Source of the DNA: Octopus sinensis
Lineage: Eukaryota
Length of the DNA: 64,000 nucleotides
Assembly: GCF_006345805.1 (NCBI RefSeq)
Contig: NW_021837027.1
Span: forward strand, 2,605-66,604
Direction: 5' to 3'
Below the pieces are notes generated by a model. That model was not told the DNA's origin and did not search any database. It worked only from the letters and a program-made list of their open reading frames with translations. A program made the translations under genes and the position numbers. Shown here one piece after another: positions 28,953 through 41,065 of the stretch (positions are counted from its first letter, which is position 1; each line of letters opens with the position of its first letter).

Positions 28953-29181
28953 TACTATAAATAAATGAAAGAATGGAGTCGAACGACGATTTAACAAAAT
29001 TCCTTTAATCTCGACATATGTTTCGAAGACTGCATATTCCTAATTCCGAAGGAATAAAGGGTGCATTATGCCGCCTTCTCATCAGGCAAGACAAGGAACT
29101 TATCAAGTTCCTTGTCTTTCCTGATGAGAAGGAATTTTGTTAAATCGTCGTTCGACTCCATTCTTTCATTTATTTATAGTA
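28953..29181. repeat. Nested foldback element
   Basis: 53-bp perfect outer arms (28953-29005 / 29129-29181) plus an inner hairpin (29074-29100 / 29106-29132). Confidence 0.9.
29008..29092 (-). ncRNA. Type I hammerhead ribozyme motif inside a foldback element
   Basis: Minus: CTGATGA-GAAGGCGGCATA..TATGCAGTCTTC-GAAA-CATATG-TC. Stem II is 12 bp with one mismatch and stem III is the palindrome ACATATGT; stem I is weak. Confidence 0.6.
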
Positions 29182-29350
29182 AAATAAACACACAAATTTC
29201 CACACGAAAGCACGTGATCTCTGCCCTTGGCATGTAGCTTCAACCGTGTTTTCTGACGTGAATTTGCTACCCGGGTATCGGTTAACCGAATTATCCATAC
29301 TAAGATAATTCATTCAACTACTTAAATATATATACATATATGTATGTATA

Positions 29351-29395
<45 letters not shown>

Positions 29396-29469
29396 TGTAT
29401 TTTTTCTTGCTCAAGTGTATGTTCGAGCCTGGTTTCTGTCATCAGGAGTAATTAAAGCACTTTATCAGG

Positions 29470-30050
29470 ATTTCCTAGTCATGCGTCAACTGATAGATTA
29501 TCAGGATTATTGATCCAGAAATCAGTGAGGCTGCTAGCTCCCGAAACTGTGGCTCTATCCATAATTGATGACAATGTTCCAACAGAGGTGAAGGCAAATA
29601 TTGCTCAAGTTATGGTGGATGCAGACACAGGTGAAGAAGAGAAAGAAGAAGAAGAAAAAGTTTAATTGAAGAGGTACATTCTGCACTCAAAAGACTTTTC
29701 TTCCTTTACAAACATCGAGTTTTCCTCTTTTGTAACTCCTGGAACAAAAAGTTTCTTCGCAAGATTTTCTATCAGCACCGATTTCCTCGACAAAGACCCT
29801 TCAACATGGAAGGAGGATCCTGGTTACAAAAGTTGTTGTGAATGATGTTGCAGAAAGAAATGTCAAACTCATTCAGGATTACAATAACATTCTCACGAAA
29901 GATGAAACTGAGAAGTTTTACAGATCGTTACCGAAAACCGCAAAACATATCCAACTGCCACTAAATCCTCTCTTATGCAAAAATTCAGTGTTCAATATTC
30001 AGTGTTCAGTGTTCACTTTATGTTTTTGATTCTACAGAAATTATTTTTGT
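29470..30050 (+). mobile_element. Decayed DNA-transposase C-terminal fragment (hAT-like; family uncertain)
   Basis: LAPETVALSIIDDNVPTEVKANIA..TKSFFARFSISTDFLDKDPSTW..VNDVAERNVKLIQDYNNILTKDE. Confidence 0.5.
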
Positions 30051-31689
30051 AAATAAAAATACGTTTCTCTTATAGAAGTTGTGTGCTTTATTAAGGAAAC
30101 GTAACATTTAGGTTTTTCATCTTATTTCAGGAATCTTTCAAATTAGCTATTGGTAAATTTGATTAAGAACGTTTTTAAATATTTGCTGGGGTTGCCTGGA
30201 TGTGTCCACATAAATTTCTCTAAGAAGAAAAGGGTTGAGAACGGGAACAGTTTACCGCTTTTGAAGAGAATTAATTGTTGTGTATAATATGTTCCAACTT
30301 AGCAGTTGTCCGACTGAGCTGAGATTTTGCAAACCCCGTTTTGTTGTTTATTGGAACAGGATTAGGGGGCGGGAGCAGCAAAATTCTAACTTTCGGAAAA
30401 TTACCTATTGCTAAGGGTCACTGTAATGTATATATATATACATGTATACACAGCATATAGATAGATAGATATGTGTAAACAAAATTGACTGGACTGAACA
30501 AATAATACTACAACTGTTTCACCTCCCATTTACCAGCAAATACTTCCCGAAATATTATCCTATTTCAAATACAGTATTATAATTTTTTTTCTACTCTAGG
30601 CACAAGGTCCAAAATTTTGGGGGAGGGGGCCAGTCGATTATATCGACCCCGGTGCGTAACTGGTACTTAAACGTGCTAACGTTTCTGCCAGCTCGCCGCC
30701 TTATACAGTATGTATAATTGCGTGTGTAGATGTCAGTAGGTGAAATATTAAGTAAGAATCAGTGGATGTTTAGGTGAGAGTAGGAGCGCTAAAAATGTGG
30801 AAGGTGAAAGGATTAATTTCTGTCGCGATTAATTACAGAAACGAGTGGTTCGATACTAACCTAAGTTCTGAAATTTCTGTGGATTATCGACGTTTTCTAT
30901 TTATGCACTGTGATTAAATATCTAAGTATATGTCTATAAATATACTGTACAGGAATTCCGTGTGTGTGTGTACAGTAATACCTCACTTTACGATGATCCG
31001 CTTTACGGGACTCCGGGTTTACGAGTTTTATTTTATAATAACCTTTACAAGCATAAAATCCAAATTTTGAACGAAGTGCAAAAGTTTCTATCATAACAGA
31101 TGCTTCTGCGTGTTACCAAGATATTTCTTGAGGGCCAAAAAATGTTTTTTTTTTTCCTAAGCAAACAACCCTAGAGTTGTTTTTGAAAAAGACATCTACA
31201 AGTCCGTCTACGAGTGCTTGTGAATTGGCGATCACATCCACAAATGATGGTGTGTGTGAGTCTAATGCGAGTGAAGGTGATAATAATAATCATATTTTTT
31301 TTTATAAATGATCTTGACAGTATTTTTACTTTACATAAAATTTTTATTTACATTCTCCTGTTGTTTTAATGCCATTTATTTACGAGTATTATGAATTTAA
31401 TAGGTAAAATATTTTTCTGGGAACAAATCTTGATTTATAACATTGCTACTCTGGGAAATTATTGGTCTACTTTATGAGTTTTTGCTTTACGAGCGGCTTC
31501 CGGGAACAAATAAACACGTATATCGAGGTATTACTCTCTATATATATATATTTATTTAACACACACGCGCGCGCGCACACACACACACACACACATACAC
31601 ACACGCACGCGCACACACACACACACACACACACACATACATCTCTTTTATCTTTTACTGGCTTCAGCCTGAGGTTGAGGCCATGCTGG

Positions 31690-32030
31690 GGCACCGCCTT
31701 CATGTGTGATTGGGTTTCTTTTCTGTATTGTTTCTGGTGGAGCAGTGAGTTGAACGGAGCTGCTCTTCTTTGTTCCTCATGCTGCGATGTGGCTCCATCG
31801 AGTATCTCAGATAAAAATGTCTCCAGACGTTCTTTGAGGACCTCCACATCTACACTTCGCAAATCTTTGAAGCTTTTTTGGCAGAATGTTGAATAGTTGT
31901 GGACCCTTGAAATCTAAGCTGTTACAGTACTGAGTCCTTATTCTAGATGATAAAGACGGAATTTTTTGGTCCAGTTCGGTGGTTGGTATGCCTTTCAGTT
32001 CCAAAGTTGGGAGCTAAACCTTTTAGGACC
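31690..32030 (-). mobile_element. CR1-group LINE 3' fragment
   Basis: KIPSLSSRIRTQYCNSLDFKGPQLFNILPK..VLKERLETFLSEI..NSLLHQ. Confidence 0.65.
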
Positions 32031-33005
32031 TTCCACACATACGCGCGCGCGCACACATCACTGCATATATTTCGCGCCTTCTTTCAAGGGAGTAGAGCTT
32101 CGGTTCCTTTAGCCTCTCCCAGTAGCTCATCTGTTGCAACAAGTCACTCTTCTGTGTGTAGTGACGCGAGATTGCCTCGAGTTACGCGACCAGTTTAACG
32201 TTCTGCGGTGACCACAGTTGGGAACAGTAATCCAGACGACTGAGACCCTAATATCTTTTGTAAAGAGGGCTCAAGTTTTTGCTACACGTTTCCATAGCGT
32301 AACCATGTATTCAGTAATGTATAAGATTACATAATATTCCATAACTTTACAAGATTACGTAATCATGCCATTTCGTCAGGCAACATTGTACATTTTACTA
32401 GCAAAATCATTGTAATTGTGAATCAGATTGATTTCGCTAGAAAAAGTGAAAGCAAAAATTTGAACGCTCCATATTTGTTCCTTTACTTTGTTATACACGA
32501 GTAATGCGTGCAGTGTTTTGTTACTTCGTTAATGAATGTACAGAATGCTTAATATCATTAGCGAGGTTTAATATTGCACTGCTTCCTATTTTGATTGGTT
32601 GATTTATTGGGATCATCTAGGTATTCTTGCTGATTACTGTTGGCCAAATATACATTCGGGAGCCACCAGAATGACCAGTACTATTTAGATGTTCACTACT
32701 TTGTATAGTTTATCTTTTATTTTTTTCCAATCATTAGACTGTGGCCATGCTGGGGCACCACCTTCGAAAATCTTAGTCGAATGAATGAAACCCAGTATAT
32801 ATTTGTTTAAAATCTAGCACTTTTCTCTCAGTCTCTTTTGCCGAACTGCTAAGTTATAGGCACCTAAATACACCAACACCGGTTGTCAAGCGGCGGCGGG
32901 GGACAAACACTAACACACACCTTTACACACACACACACACATACATATATATATGTGTAAGGGGCAAGGGGGAAGAGGGATTGATGAATTAGGGAAGAAA
33001 CTAGA

Positions 33006-33093
<88 letters not shown>

Positions 33094-33153
33094 CATACAT
33101 ACATACATACATGCATACATACATACATACATACATACACACACACACGCACG

Positions 33154-33650
33154 CACTAAGAGGGATCTGAATCGTCCGAAAAGTGTCGATCGTCAGTTTC
33201 AGCAATTTCCGTTGCCTCATCAGTTAAGCCTGCTCGATCTCCGCTCTTTTCGTACTAGCTTCTCTATTAGTATATATGTTTCTGTCATCCAAATTAGTTG
33301 GTGATTTAGCGATTCGCTCATGTGTACACATAAAATTAAAATAAACAGCAGGCTGCAATATTTCAACAAAAAAGGAGAATTATTGTTGTCACTAAATATA
33401 ACTACGGTGTAATTCTCCTTTTTGGAGGAACATTGCAGCCTGCTGTTTATATTAATTTTAGTATTCACATTAGCGAATCACTAAGTCATCCATTTATTTG
33501 CATGACGAATACATACTAATAGAGAAGCAAGCTGAAGAGAGCCAAGATCGAGCGGGCTACACTGATGAGGCAACGGAAATTGTTGAAACCAACATCAGTA
33601 TTAAGAATTCTCGGTCGGCATTTTTCAGACGGTTCGGGTCCCTCTTAGTG
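33154..33650. repeat. About 500-bp imperfect foldback element
   Basis: cactaagagggatctgaatcgtccgaaaagtgtcga.. is the reverse complement of ..tcggcatttttcagacggttcgggtccctcttagtg; complementarity continues inward to a loop of about 27 nt. Confidence 0.9.
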
Positions 33651-33954
33651 TATATGTTTCCATTCATGTGCCTTCACTACAGCATTAGAGTATTTTAGCT
33701 CTTATTTCTAGCAGTGTAGGTGTTTCTTGACACCCTAGTCACATTTAGTGACAATTATATGTATATTTATATTATATGTACATACGACAGGCTACTTTTA
33801 GTTTCGTCTACCGAATCCACTCACAAGACTTTGGTGGGCTTAATGGTATAGTAGAAGACACCGAACGTGCTATGTGGACGATAGACGGATATATATATAT
33901 ATATATATGTTAAATTATTATTAGGGTTTTTTTTTTTTGCTAGGGGTACTAGGT

Positions 33955-34265
33955 CTGTGGGTAGACCGATCTTACGTTACAGGGATGTTTGCAAAAGGGA
34001 TATGAAGGCCTGCAACATCAATATTAGCGGTTGGGAGGCAGTCGCCGGCAACTGTGGAGAATGGCGACGTACAGTAAAAGAGGGAACACAATGGAGTGAC
34101 AGAGGGAGAGAGGAGAAATGGAAAGAAAGGAAGAGACGTAAACAAGAGACTATGGCACTACAACCAGCCAGGAACAGTCTTCGCTACATTTGCGGTACCT
34201 GCCAGAGGGAGTGTTTGTCCAGGATAGGACTACACAGCCACAGCAGGAAATGTATCAGGACATGA
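33955..34265 (+). mobile_element. RTE LINE 3' end with C-terminal Cys/His finger
   Basis: GRPILRYRDVCKRDMK..WRRTV..YICGTCQRECLSRIGLHSHSRKC. Confidence 0.8.
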
Positions 34266-34471
34266 AATATAAAAGCCGGACTAGACTACAAAAAAAAAAA
34301 AATGCGCAACTCCATTGTCTCCCGAGACAGAAAGGATGCCAATACACACACACACATATATATATATATATAGAGAGAGAGAGAGGGGGGGGAGAGATAC
34401 ATGCATATATACACTCATACATGCTTATGTCAAGAGTACATATTTATTAAATTCTACAAGGAAAACGTTGG

Positions 34472-34513
34472 CAGTGACTTCGAAGTTTCGGCTTGATTGC
34501 CATCACCAGACTG
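34472..34513 (-). ncRNA. Type I hammerhead motif with one core substitution
   Basis: Minus: CAGT-CTGGTGA-T-GGC-AATCAA-GCC-GAAA-CTTCGAAG-TC-ACTG. Stem I is perfect (4 bp) and stem III is the palindrome ACTTCGAAGT. Confidence 0.6.
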
Positions 34514-35875
34514 TGACGGTATGCCGGGACTTCGAAGTCGCAATCAAACTTCACCTTATAAAATTTAATAAATGTGTGAGTGTGTACGAGCGCGTATGTG
34601 CAAACATATCTCTATGTATTATCTGTTGAAATGCACACACATACATACATACATACATACACACATACATACATACATACATACATACATACATGCACCC
34701 ATACATACATACATACATACATACATTCACACACACGCATACATACATGCGTACGTACATACGTACATACATACACTAAGGCAGGATATTGTAGACAAGC
34801 ATTCTACGGTTATTTTGAATTACATGTGAAGTGTGAAAAAATATTCTTGACGAAGAGGAAAAGAGAGAAATGGAGAAGAAAGAGACAAAATGAAAGCGAG
34901 AGAAAAGAAAGAAAGAAACAATCAAGCAAAAACCGAGGGAGACGCAGAGAAAGAGAAAGAAAGGTGGAAAATATCGGGAGAGGGGGAAAATAAGCTATGG
35001 AGAGAAAAATGAGGCGACAAGGACACAGAAAACAATAACAACAACAACGACAAAACCAACCGAAAGAGCAGACAACCATCAGTTGAAGAGAGAAAACAAT
35101 AAAAGTTTGATGATGTATTAGAGTGGACATTTTAAAGATGGTTTTATTGGTGAACAATGGAGCCGAATATTTTTGATGTGGGAAGTTGAATCCTGCTTCC
35201 GTTGACAGCACGGAAGTAAATCTTATGTCTTAAAGGCTGGATACGTCTGTAACCGTAAACGGGTGCACTTAATACTTTAAAAAAATATTCAAAATATTAT
35301 TTCTCTCTGTCATCCTAGTTTTCCTCTCTGTCTGGCAATTTCTATGTAGGTCAATGTTCGGTTTTATCTCAAGATTTCCTGCCAATAGAGAAAGAACCGG
35401 TTTCTAACCTAGATCCAAGGCTCCTTCATTGGAATTTCAATATCAACAACAGGATATTTTTATTTGTATGTATGTATGTATGTATGTATGTATGTATGTA
35501 TGTATGTATGTATGTATGTATGTATGTATATCTCTTCTATTTTTTAATTATTATGAATCTTCCACTGAGGAGGGAACCGGTTTCCAGCAAAGATACAAGA
35601 TTCCATCTTTAGAATGTAGTTAACACAGACAAATTCACATTTGGAACTTGAGAAAAGTCTTGCATTTGTTTTGAACGAATCAGCCGATCGATTTCTCTTT
35701 CTGAAAATCCCAGTTTATCCAGATTCTCGTTTAAGCATTTACTAACAAAACCTAATGCTCCAATTGTTATTAGTATGAATGAATGTGTGTGTGTGTGTGT
35801 GGTGTGTGTGTGTGTGTGTATAACCCGTGAAAGATTGGATGCATTCAGTAACGTCAGTGATCCTCCAGCAGCTGG

Positions 35876-35910
<35 letters not shown>

Positions 35911-36499
35911 GAAAGGAGGGGGGGAATCCTACTCTTTATTTCAACTTCTCTTTTGAAGAAGAACAACTCTAATGTAATACCTTCGGCTTCGTGTGCATCC
36001 AATTATTTCTTCTTTTTGGCAAATGCTTTCGTTGTTTAGAGAATGGGTTGGTCCTGTGCAAGGCCTCTCCTCACTTGACAAAAGCTTCAAACACAGGCAT
36101 CACTTAATTTTTAACATCGTTTATTATGTGTTGTATGTTTTGGCTGGTAAAACGGCTCAGCGAAAACTTCCCTGAGAGGCTGAAGGCATCACGTGTCTGC
36201 CCGGGAAGTCGGCGCTCTCAACACCGACTGCCAAGAAATATGTGTACGCATGTATTTATGTATGTATGCATGTGTGTAAGTGTACTTGTATGTATGTAAT
36301 ATATGTATGTATGTGCGTATGTATGTATGTGTGCGTGTGTATGTATGTATGTATGTATGTATGTTATGTATGTATGTCTCTTACTCTCTTTAATTGAGAA
36401 GAAATCTGGACCGGCCACCCCACTTCGGTAGTTGTGATCGAAAGCATTTTGTGTTGTTCCTCATCCTTTAAATCCCAACGTCTGTCAGATCTTTCTAGT

Positions 36500-36760
36500 T
36501 CCAGAGATCGCGATCATTTGTATTATATGAATTAAGGATTTGCGTTCTCTCCCCCAAAATGTTTTGCTCCAGATGGGCTGGTATCCAGTCGCTACAGTAA
36601 TAATACGTATGAAGCTGAAAGTGTATCTTGGGTACAGGGTTTCCAAACTCCTCATCAATAAGTCATAGATGACCCCTTTCTCCTCTCTTTATCTACCCAC
36701 CCCAGGGGCAGCCGATCTCCATAACAGAGCATATCTTAGAAAATTACTATTTGTAAATCT
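36500..36760 (-). mobile_element. Dong-like C-terminal fragment, strongly decayed
   Basis: Minus frame EKGVIYDLLMRSLETLYPRYTFSFIRIITVATGY..ISGTRKI resembles the 62197-62487 C-terminus. Confidence 0.55.
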
Positions 36761-36790
36761 CACAACACGAGATATTCAACAACTGTACTT

Positions 36791-37038
36791 TGGAGTAAAG
36801 ACTGTTTGCCAACATAACATGGCAGTCCTGGTTTAGGACGAATATTGCTGTAATTTAGCCACAGGAGACATCGTCTCCAGCTGGCTATAAGACACAATCT
36901 GTGGCCTTGTTCGAAAATATAAGGACACAGATCGTGTCGTATAGCCAGCTGGAGACGATGTCTCCTGGGGCTAAATTACAGCAACGTTCGTTCTAAACCA
37001 GGACCGCCATGTTATGTTGGCAAACAGTCTTTACTCCA
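36791..37038. repeat. About 250-bp near-perfect foldback (MITE-like)
   Basis: tggagtaaagactgtttgccaacataacatggc.. / ..gccatgttatgttggcaaacagtctttactcca, with arms of about 115 bp. Confidence 0.9.
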
Positions 37039-37469
37039 GAGCATATCTTTTCTTTGTCGTCCCACAACAATGTCCGACCAATTGTGTTTTAACTTTGTGG
37101 CTGTTTTTAATTTTGAAGTTCCGCCAATATTTCTTTCCCATCCATTGGTCTCCATTAATAGCCAACCCGTGTGTGTTTTTATTTTGTTTATTTAGTTATG
37201 CATGTACTTTTTACATGTTTTACAGTCATTAAACTGCGGCCATGCTGCAGCACCGCCTTGAAGAATGTCTGTGTCGAATGTAGCGATCGCAGTACATAAT
37301 TGTTTTAAAGCCTTATACTTATTCCATCGCTCGCTTTTGCCGAACCGCTAATTCATGGGGATGTAACACACCAACAACGGTTGTCAAGTGGTGGTGATGA
37401 AGCACACACACACACACACACACACGTATACACACACATGCGCGTACACACACATAACTAATATAATGT

Positions 37470-37830
37470 TCGTCCTTCGGTTCGAAGATGACCAACTGAC
37501 ATCATCTGATGGAACTGCCGCCATGAGACCGGAGGTGGCTGGTGAGGCCAATCCGGCAAGGAAGCCCCTCCCACAGGTGGGGCAGAAGTGGGTAGGGGCA
37601 GTGCTACTGGTGCAGGCGGCTCGACTTTACGCATACCTGACGTTTCTGCTCCGCTGACCGAATCCGTCCCTCCTCGGCTGTCCCTGCTCCCACGGTGATT
37701 GCGCTGCGCCAGGATGAGCGGTTGGCAGCAGTGTCTCCCAGGTCTCTGTTCCGATGGAGAAGTCTTTGAGAGAGACCTTGAGACTATCCTTGTAGCGCTT
37801 TTTCTGCCCTCCGACTTTGCCCGCATAACT
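37470..37830 (-). mobile_element. RTE LINE 3' end
   Basis: GGQKKRYKDSLKVSLKDFSI..WETL, plus a CPTCGR-type finger across frameshifts. Confidence 0.7.
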
Positions 37831-37851
37831 ACACACAGTCACACACACAAA

Positions 37852-37888
<37 letters not shown>

Positions 37889-39277
37889 ACAACTACACGC
37901 ACACATTTGAAATATAGATGAAGTTACGTTTGTAGTTGTTTTGTTTTGTTTTTTTATCGGCGGTTTCCAAAGACGTTTTTGTTATATTTCTTGTTGTTGT
38001 TGCTGTTCTGGTTGTTACTTTTGGTTTCAAACTTTGACACAAGGCCAGCAATTTCAGAGGAGTGTGAGGAGGCGGGGATAAATCAGTTACAACGAACCCC
38101 ATTGATCAACTGGTGCTTATTCTATCGACACCCCACCCCCACCCCACATGATGAAAGGCAAAGTCAATCCCAGCAGCATTTGAACTCAGAACACGAAGAC
38201 GGAAGAAATGCCGTTCAGCATTTTGTCCGGCACGGTAACGCTTCTGCCAGCTCGCCGTCCCCACCCCCCGTTATTGTTGTTGTTTTTGTTGCTGCTATCA
38301 GCGCCACCGCCGCCGCCTTTGTTGTTGTTATTGTTGTTGTGCTACCCGTTCTTGAGTACAGTTCAACTCACGACAACGTAGAACCCCCCCCCTGCTTTTC
38401 GGTTTTACCATCTTTGTTTAGTGCCGTCAAGTAAAAGTCCCTCTCCGTCACCGTCGCCTCCGTCGCTCTCCTGCTCGCCTATAAATACCCCGGGTGCTTG
38501 TGTGAAGCAATTTATTGTTGTTCCCTGTCAGGGTGGCGGGTGTAGCAAAACGAGTGGCAATCGGGTGCGGTGTGATATTTACGTCTGTATTCGCATTTCA
38601 CAGGAGCCGACAGCGCCTTTCATCTTTCCGAGGTGGGGGAGGGTGGCGGAACAGCTCAATTAAATAAGGACCAGCAATGCACTGAACACCATTCTAACCA
38701 CTATACATACTCCCACCAATAATAAAGGACCTTGTAGCTTAGTGAAGTAACTTATCATTATTGGTTTGCGGGTGGCGGCGGCGGTAGTAAAAGGTCGTTT
38801 GTTCAGTTGCTACGAACGACGGAGGTGAAGTAGAGTTTTGGGTTGATTTTAAGAGAAAGCCTATTTGCTATCGAGACCATTTTAAGGAATTAACTAGAAA
38901 ATAACTTTACGTATATTTAAACTATGATATAAATAAATAAATAAATATATATATATATATAGAATATAATATAAAATATAAATTACAAAGTGGGACAAGA
39001 ACGTAAAAACACACAAGGAGACGACACAAAAAACAGACGGGTCACTCGAAGCCTCCAATCTTCAGTCGGGAACCGGATTATCTTAGTAATTTCGGCTGTT
39101 TAATCTCGATATCACTCCGACCCGGGCAGCCCCAAGGAAAATCCAAGCCACAGGCATTGGATTTCTTGGAAAGAGGCTCGAATGTATACGGAACAAAGAC
39201 AGGATGCCACACGAATGTAAATACAAGAAACAAAAACAGAAATAAAAAAGAGAAATAAAAAACACGAAGGTGGACAG

Positions 39278-39342
<65 letters not shown>

Positions 39343-39348
<6 letters not shown>

Positions 39349-39488
39349 GTTGTATACTGTCAACTTAACGTGACAGTCCCGTATGGGAACTACACTACCG
39401 CTGTTTAGCCCTAGGAGCATAGAACGGTTCCTGTCGGCTTTCCCATACGGGACTGTCACGTTGAGTTGACAGTATACAACCACTCTAT
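39343..39488. repeat. MITE-like element with about 46-bp TIRs
   Basis: atagtggttgtatactgtcaacttaacgtgacagtcccgtatgggaa / ttcccatacgggactgtcacgttgagttgacagtatacaaccactctat. Confidence 0.85.
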
Positions 39489-39540
39489 CGCTCCACCACC
39501 GCTCATGCCTCTTGAGACATTTAGAAATTTAATATTTCTG

Positions 39541-39611
<71 letters not shown>

Positions 39612-39614
<3 letters not shown>

Positions 39615-39893
39615 CAGGTCAAGCTGAAACTGTCGCTAGAAGCTAGGATCACCAAGCATAGATTGACATATTTTGGTCATATTATGCTGAGGAAATCCCT
39701 GGAGAAGGACATCATGCTCGGAGTGGTCAGTGGCAAGAGAGGAAGGGGCCGACCAAGAACCCGCTGGCTTGACAACATCAAGAGTGATACCGGAATGGAC
39801 ATAGCCAGTCTGAAAGAAGCGGCCCAGGATAAAACTGGCTGGAGGACACTGATCCATCGAGTAACCGAGAGTCGACTTCGACTGAGCGGATAG
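39612..39893 (+). mobile_element. RTE (BovB-like) LINE 3' end
   Basis: RLTYFGHIMLRKSLEKDIMLGVVSGKRGRGRPRTRWLDNIK..WRTLIHRVTESRLRL, followed by a (TAGA) tail. Confidence 0.85.
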
Positions 39894-39922
39894 ATAGATA
39901 TATATATACATATATATATATA

Positions 39923-39958
<36 letters not shown>

Positions 39959-40009
39959 CAGACAACAATATTTACATGTATGTTAAGACAGTTAGCTGTT
40001 CGAATCGTC

Positions 40010-40390
40010 ACCAAGCCGGGCGAAATGCGTAGCCGTATTTCGTCTGCCGTTACGTTCTGAGCTCAAATTCCTCCGAGGTCGACTTTGCCTTTCATCCTTT
40101 CAGGGTCGATAAATTAAGTAACAGTTACACACTGGGGTCGATATAATCGACTTAATCCGTTTGTCTGTCCTTGTTTGTCCTCTCTCTGTTTAGCCCCTTG
40201 TGGGTAGTAAAGAAATAGGTATTTCGGTCGTCTTTATGTTCCGAGTTCAAATTCTGCCGTGGTCGACTTTGCCTTTCATCCTTTCGGGGTCGACAAATTA
40301 TGTACCAGTTGCTTACTAGGGTCGATCTAAATGACTGCCTCCCCCCACTCCTCTCCCAAAATTTCGGACTTTGTGCCTAGAGTAGAAAAG
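40010..40390 (+). mobile_element. tRNA-derived SINE family B (gcctttcatcctttcggggtcga domain), two-part copy
   Basis: The domain occurs twice here and again at about 26725-26920, 26975-27130, 30590-30700, 38040-38250, 44800-44960 and 54190-54390. Confidence 0.8.
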
Positions 40391-40800
40391 AATGAAGGAT
40401 TAACTTTGAAAAAGACAGAATTGATTTGTTCCAGCCTGAAATAACGAAGGCGAATGAATGCAATTTGGCCACGGAGTCTCGATGAGGTCGTTCGAAATGA
40501 TTGATTGATTGATTGATTCTAGTTTCAGCCCATGAGCTGTGGCCATGCTGGGGCACACACACACATGTACGCGTCTATCATATTAATGTCCGTGGGACTT
40601 AATCCATTAAGACCGAGGTCATCCTGTTCTAATCTGTATTTAATTCGAACCTCCTCTCCCATGGTCTTCAGCTGCTCTTTCATCTCCGAGATCTGTGTTC
40701 TCTCGACCTTTTTACAGAATTCGGAAAATACTGATATCCAGAAATGGCTCCAAAATCTAAAAGCATATTTTTTCTTTGTTTTTTTTTCCTTTTCCGGCAG

Positions 40801-41065
40801 ACGTATGTTCCCCGTCTTCAAGGTGTCCATAACAGGATTAGATCCCAATGCCATGTACACTTTGCTGTTGGATTTTGCCCAAGTGGATAACCACAGATGG
40901 AAGTATGTCAATGGTGAATGGGTTGCCGGAGGAAAAGCAGAACCAGCCGCACCGAATTCTGTCTACATCCACCCAGATTCGCCAAATTTCGGTGCACATT
41001 GGATGCGGGAGCCAACATCATTCAGCAAGGTGAAACTTACCAATAAACTCAACGGAGGCGGACAG
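40801..41065 (+). CDS. bra: Brachyury T-box coding exon (equivalent to vertebrate exon 2), 265 bp
   Basis: Acceptor ttttccggcAG ends 40800 and donor GTaaat starts 41066. Translates (R)[98 protein letters not shown] and [11 protein letters not shown] are Brachyury-diagnostic, and intron phases 2/0 match the known T gene structure. Confidence 0.97.

Noticed and set aside
38878-38905. FKELT peptide as a candidate Brachyury exon 1
   Set aside because: It is followed by RK-stop, with no NEMIVTK and no donor site.
39040-39110. Type II hammerhead candidate on the minus strand
   Set aside because: Stem III pairs, but the closing pairs of stems I and II are mismatched; not supportable from one copy.
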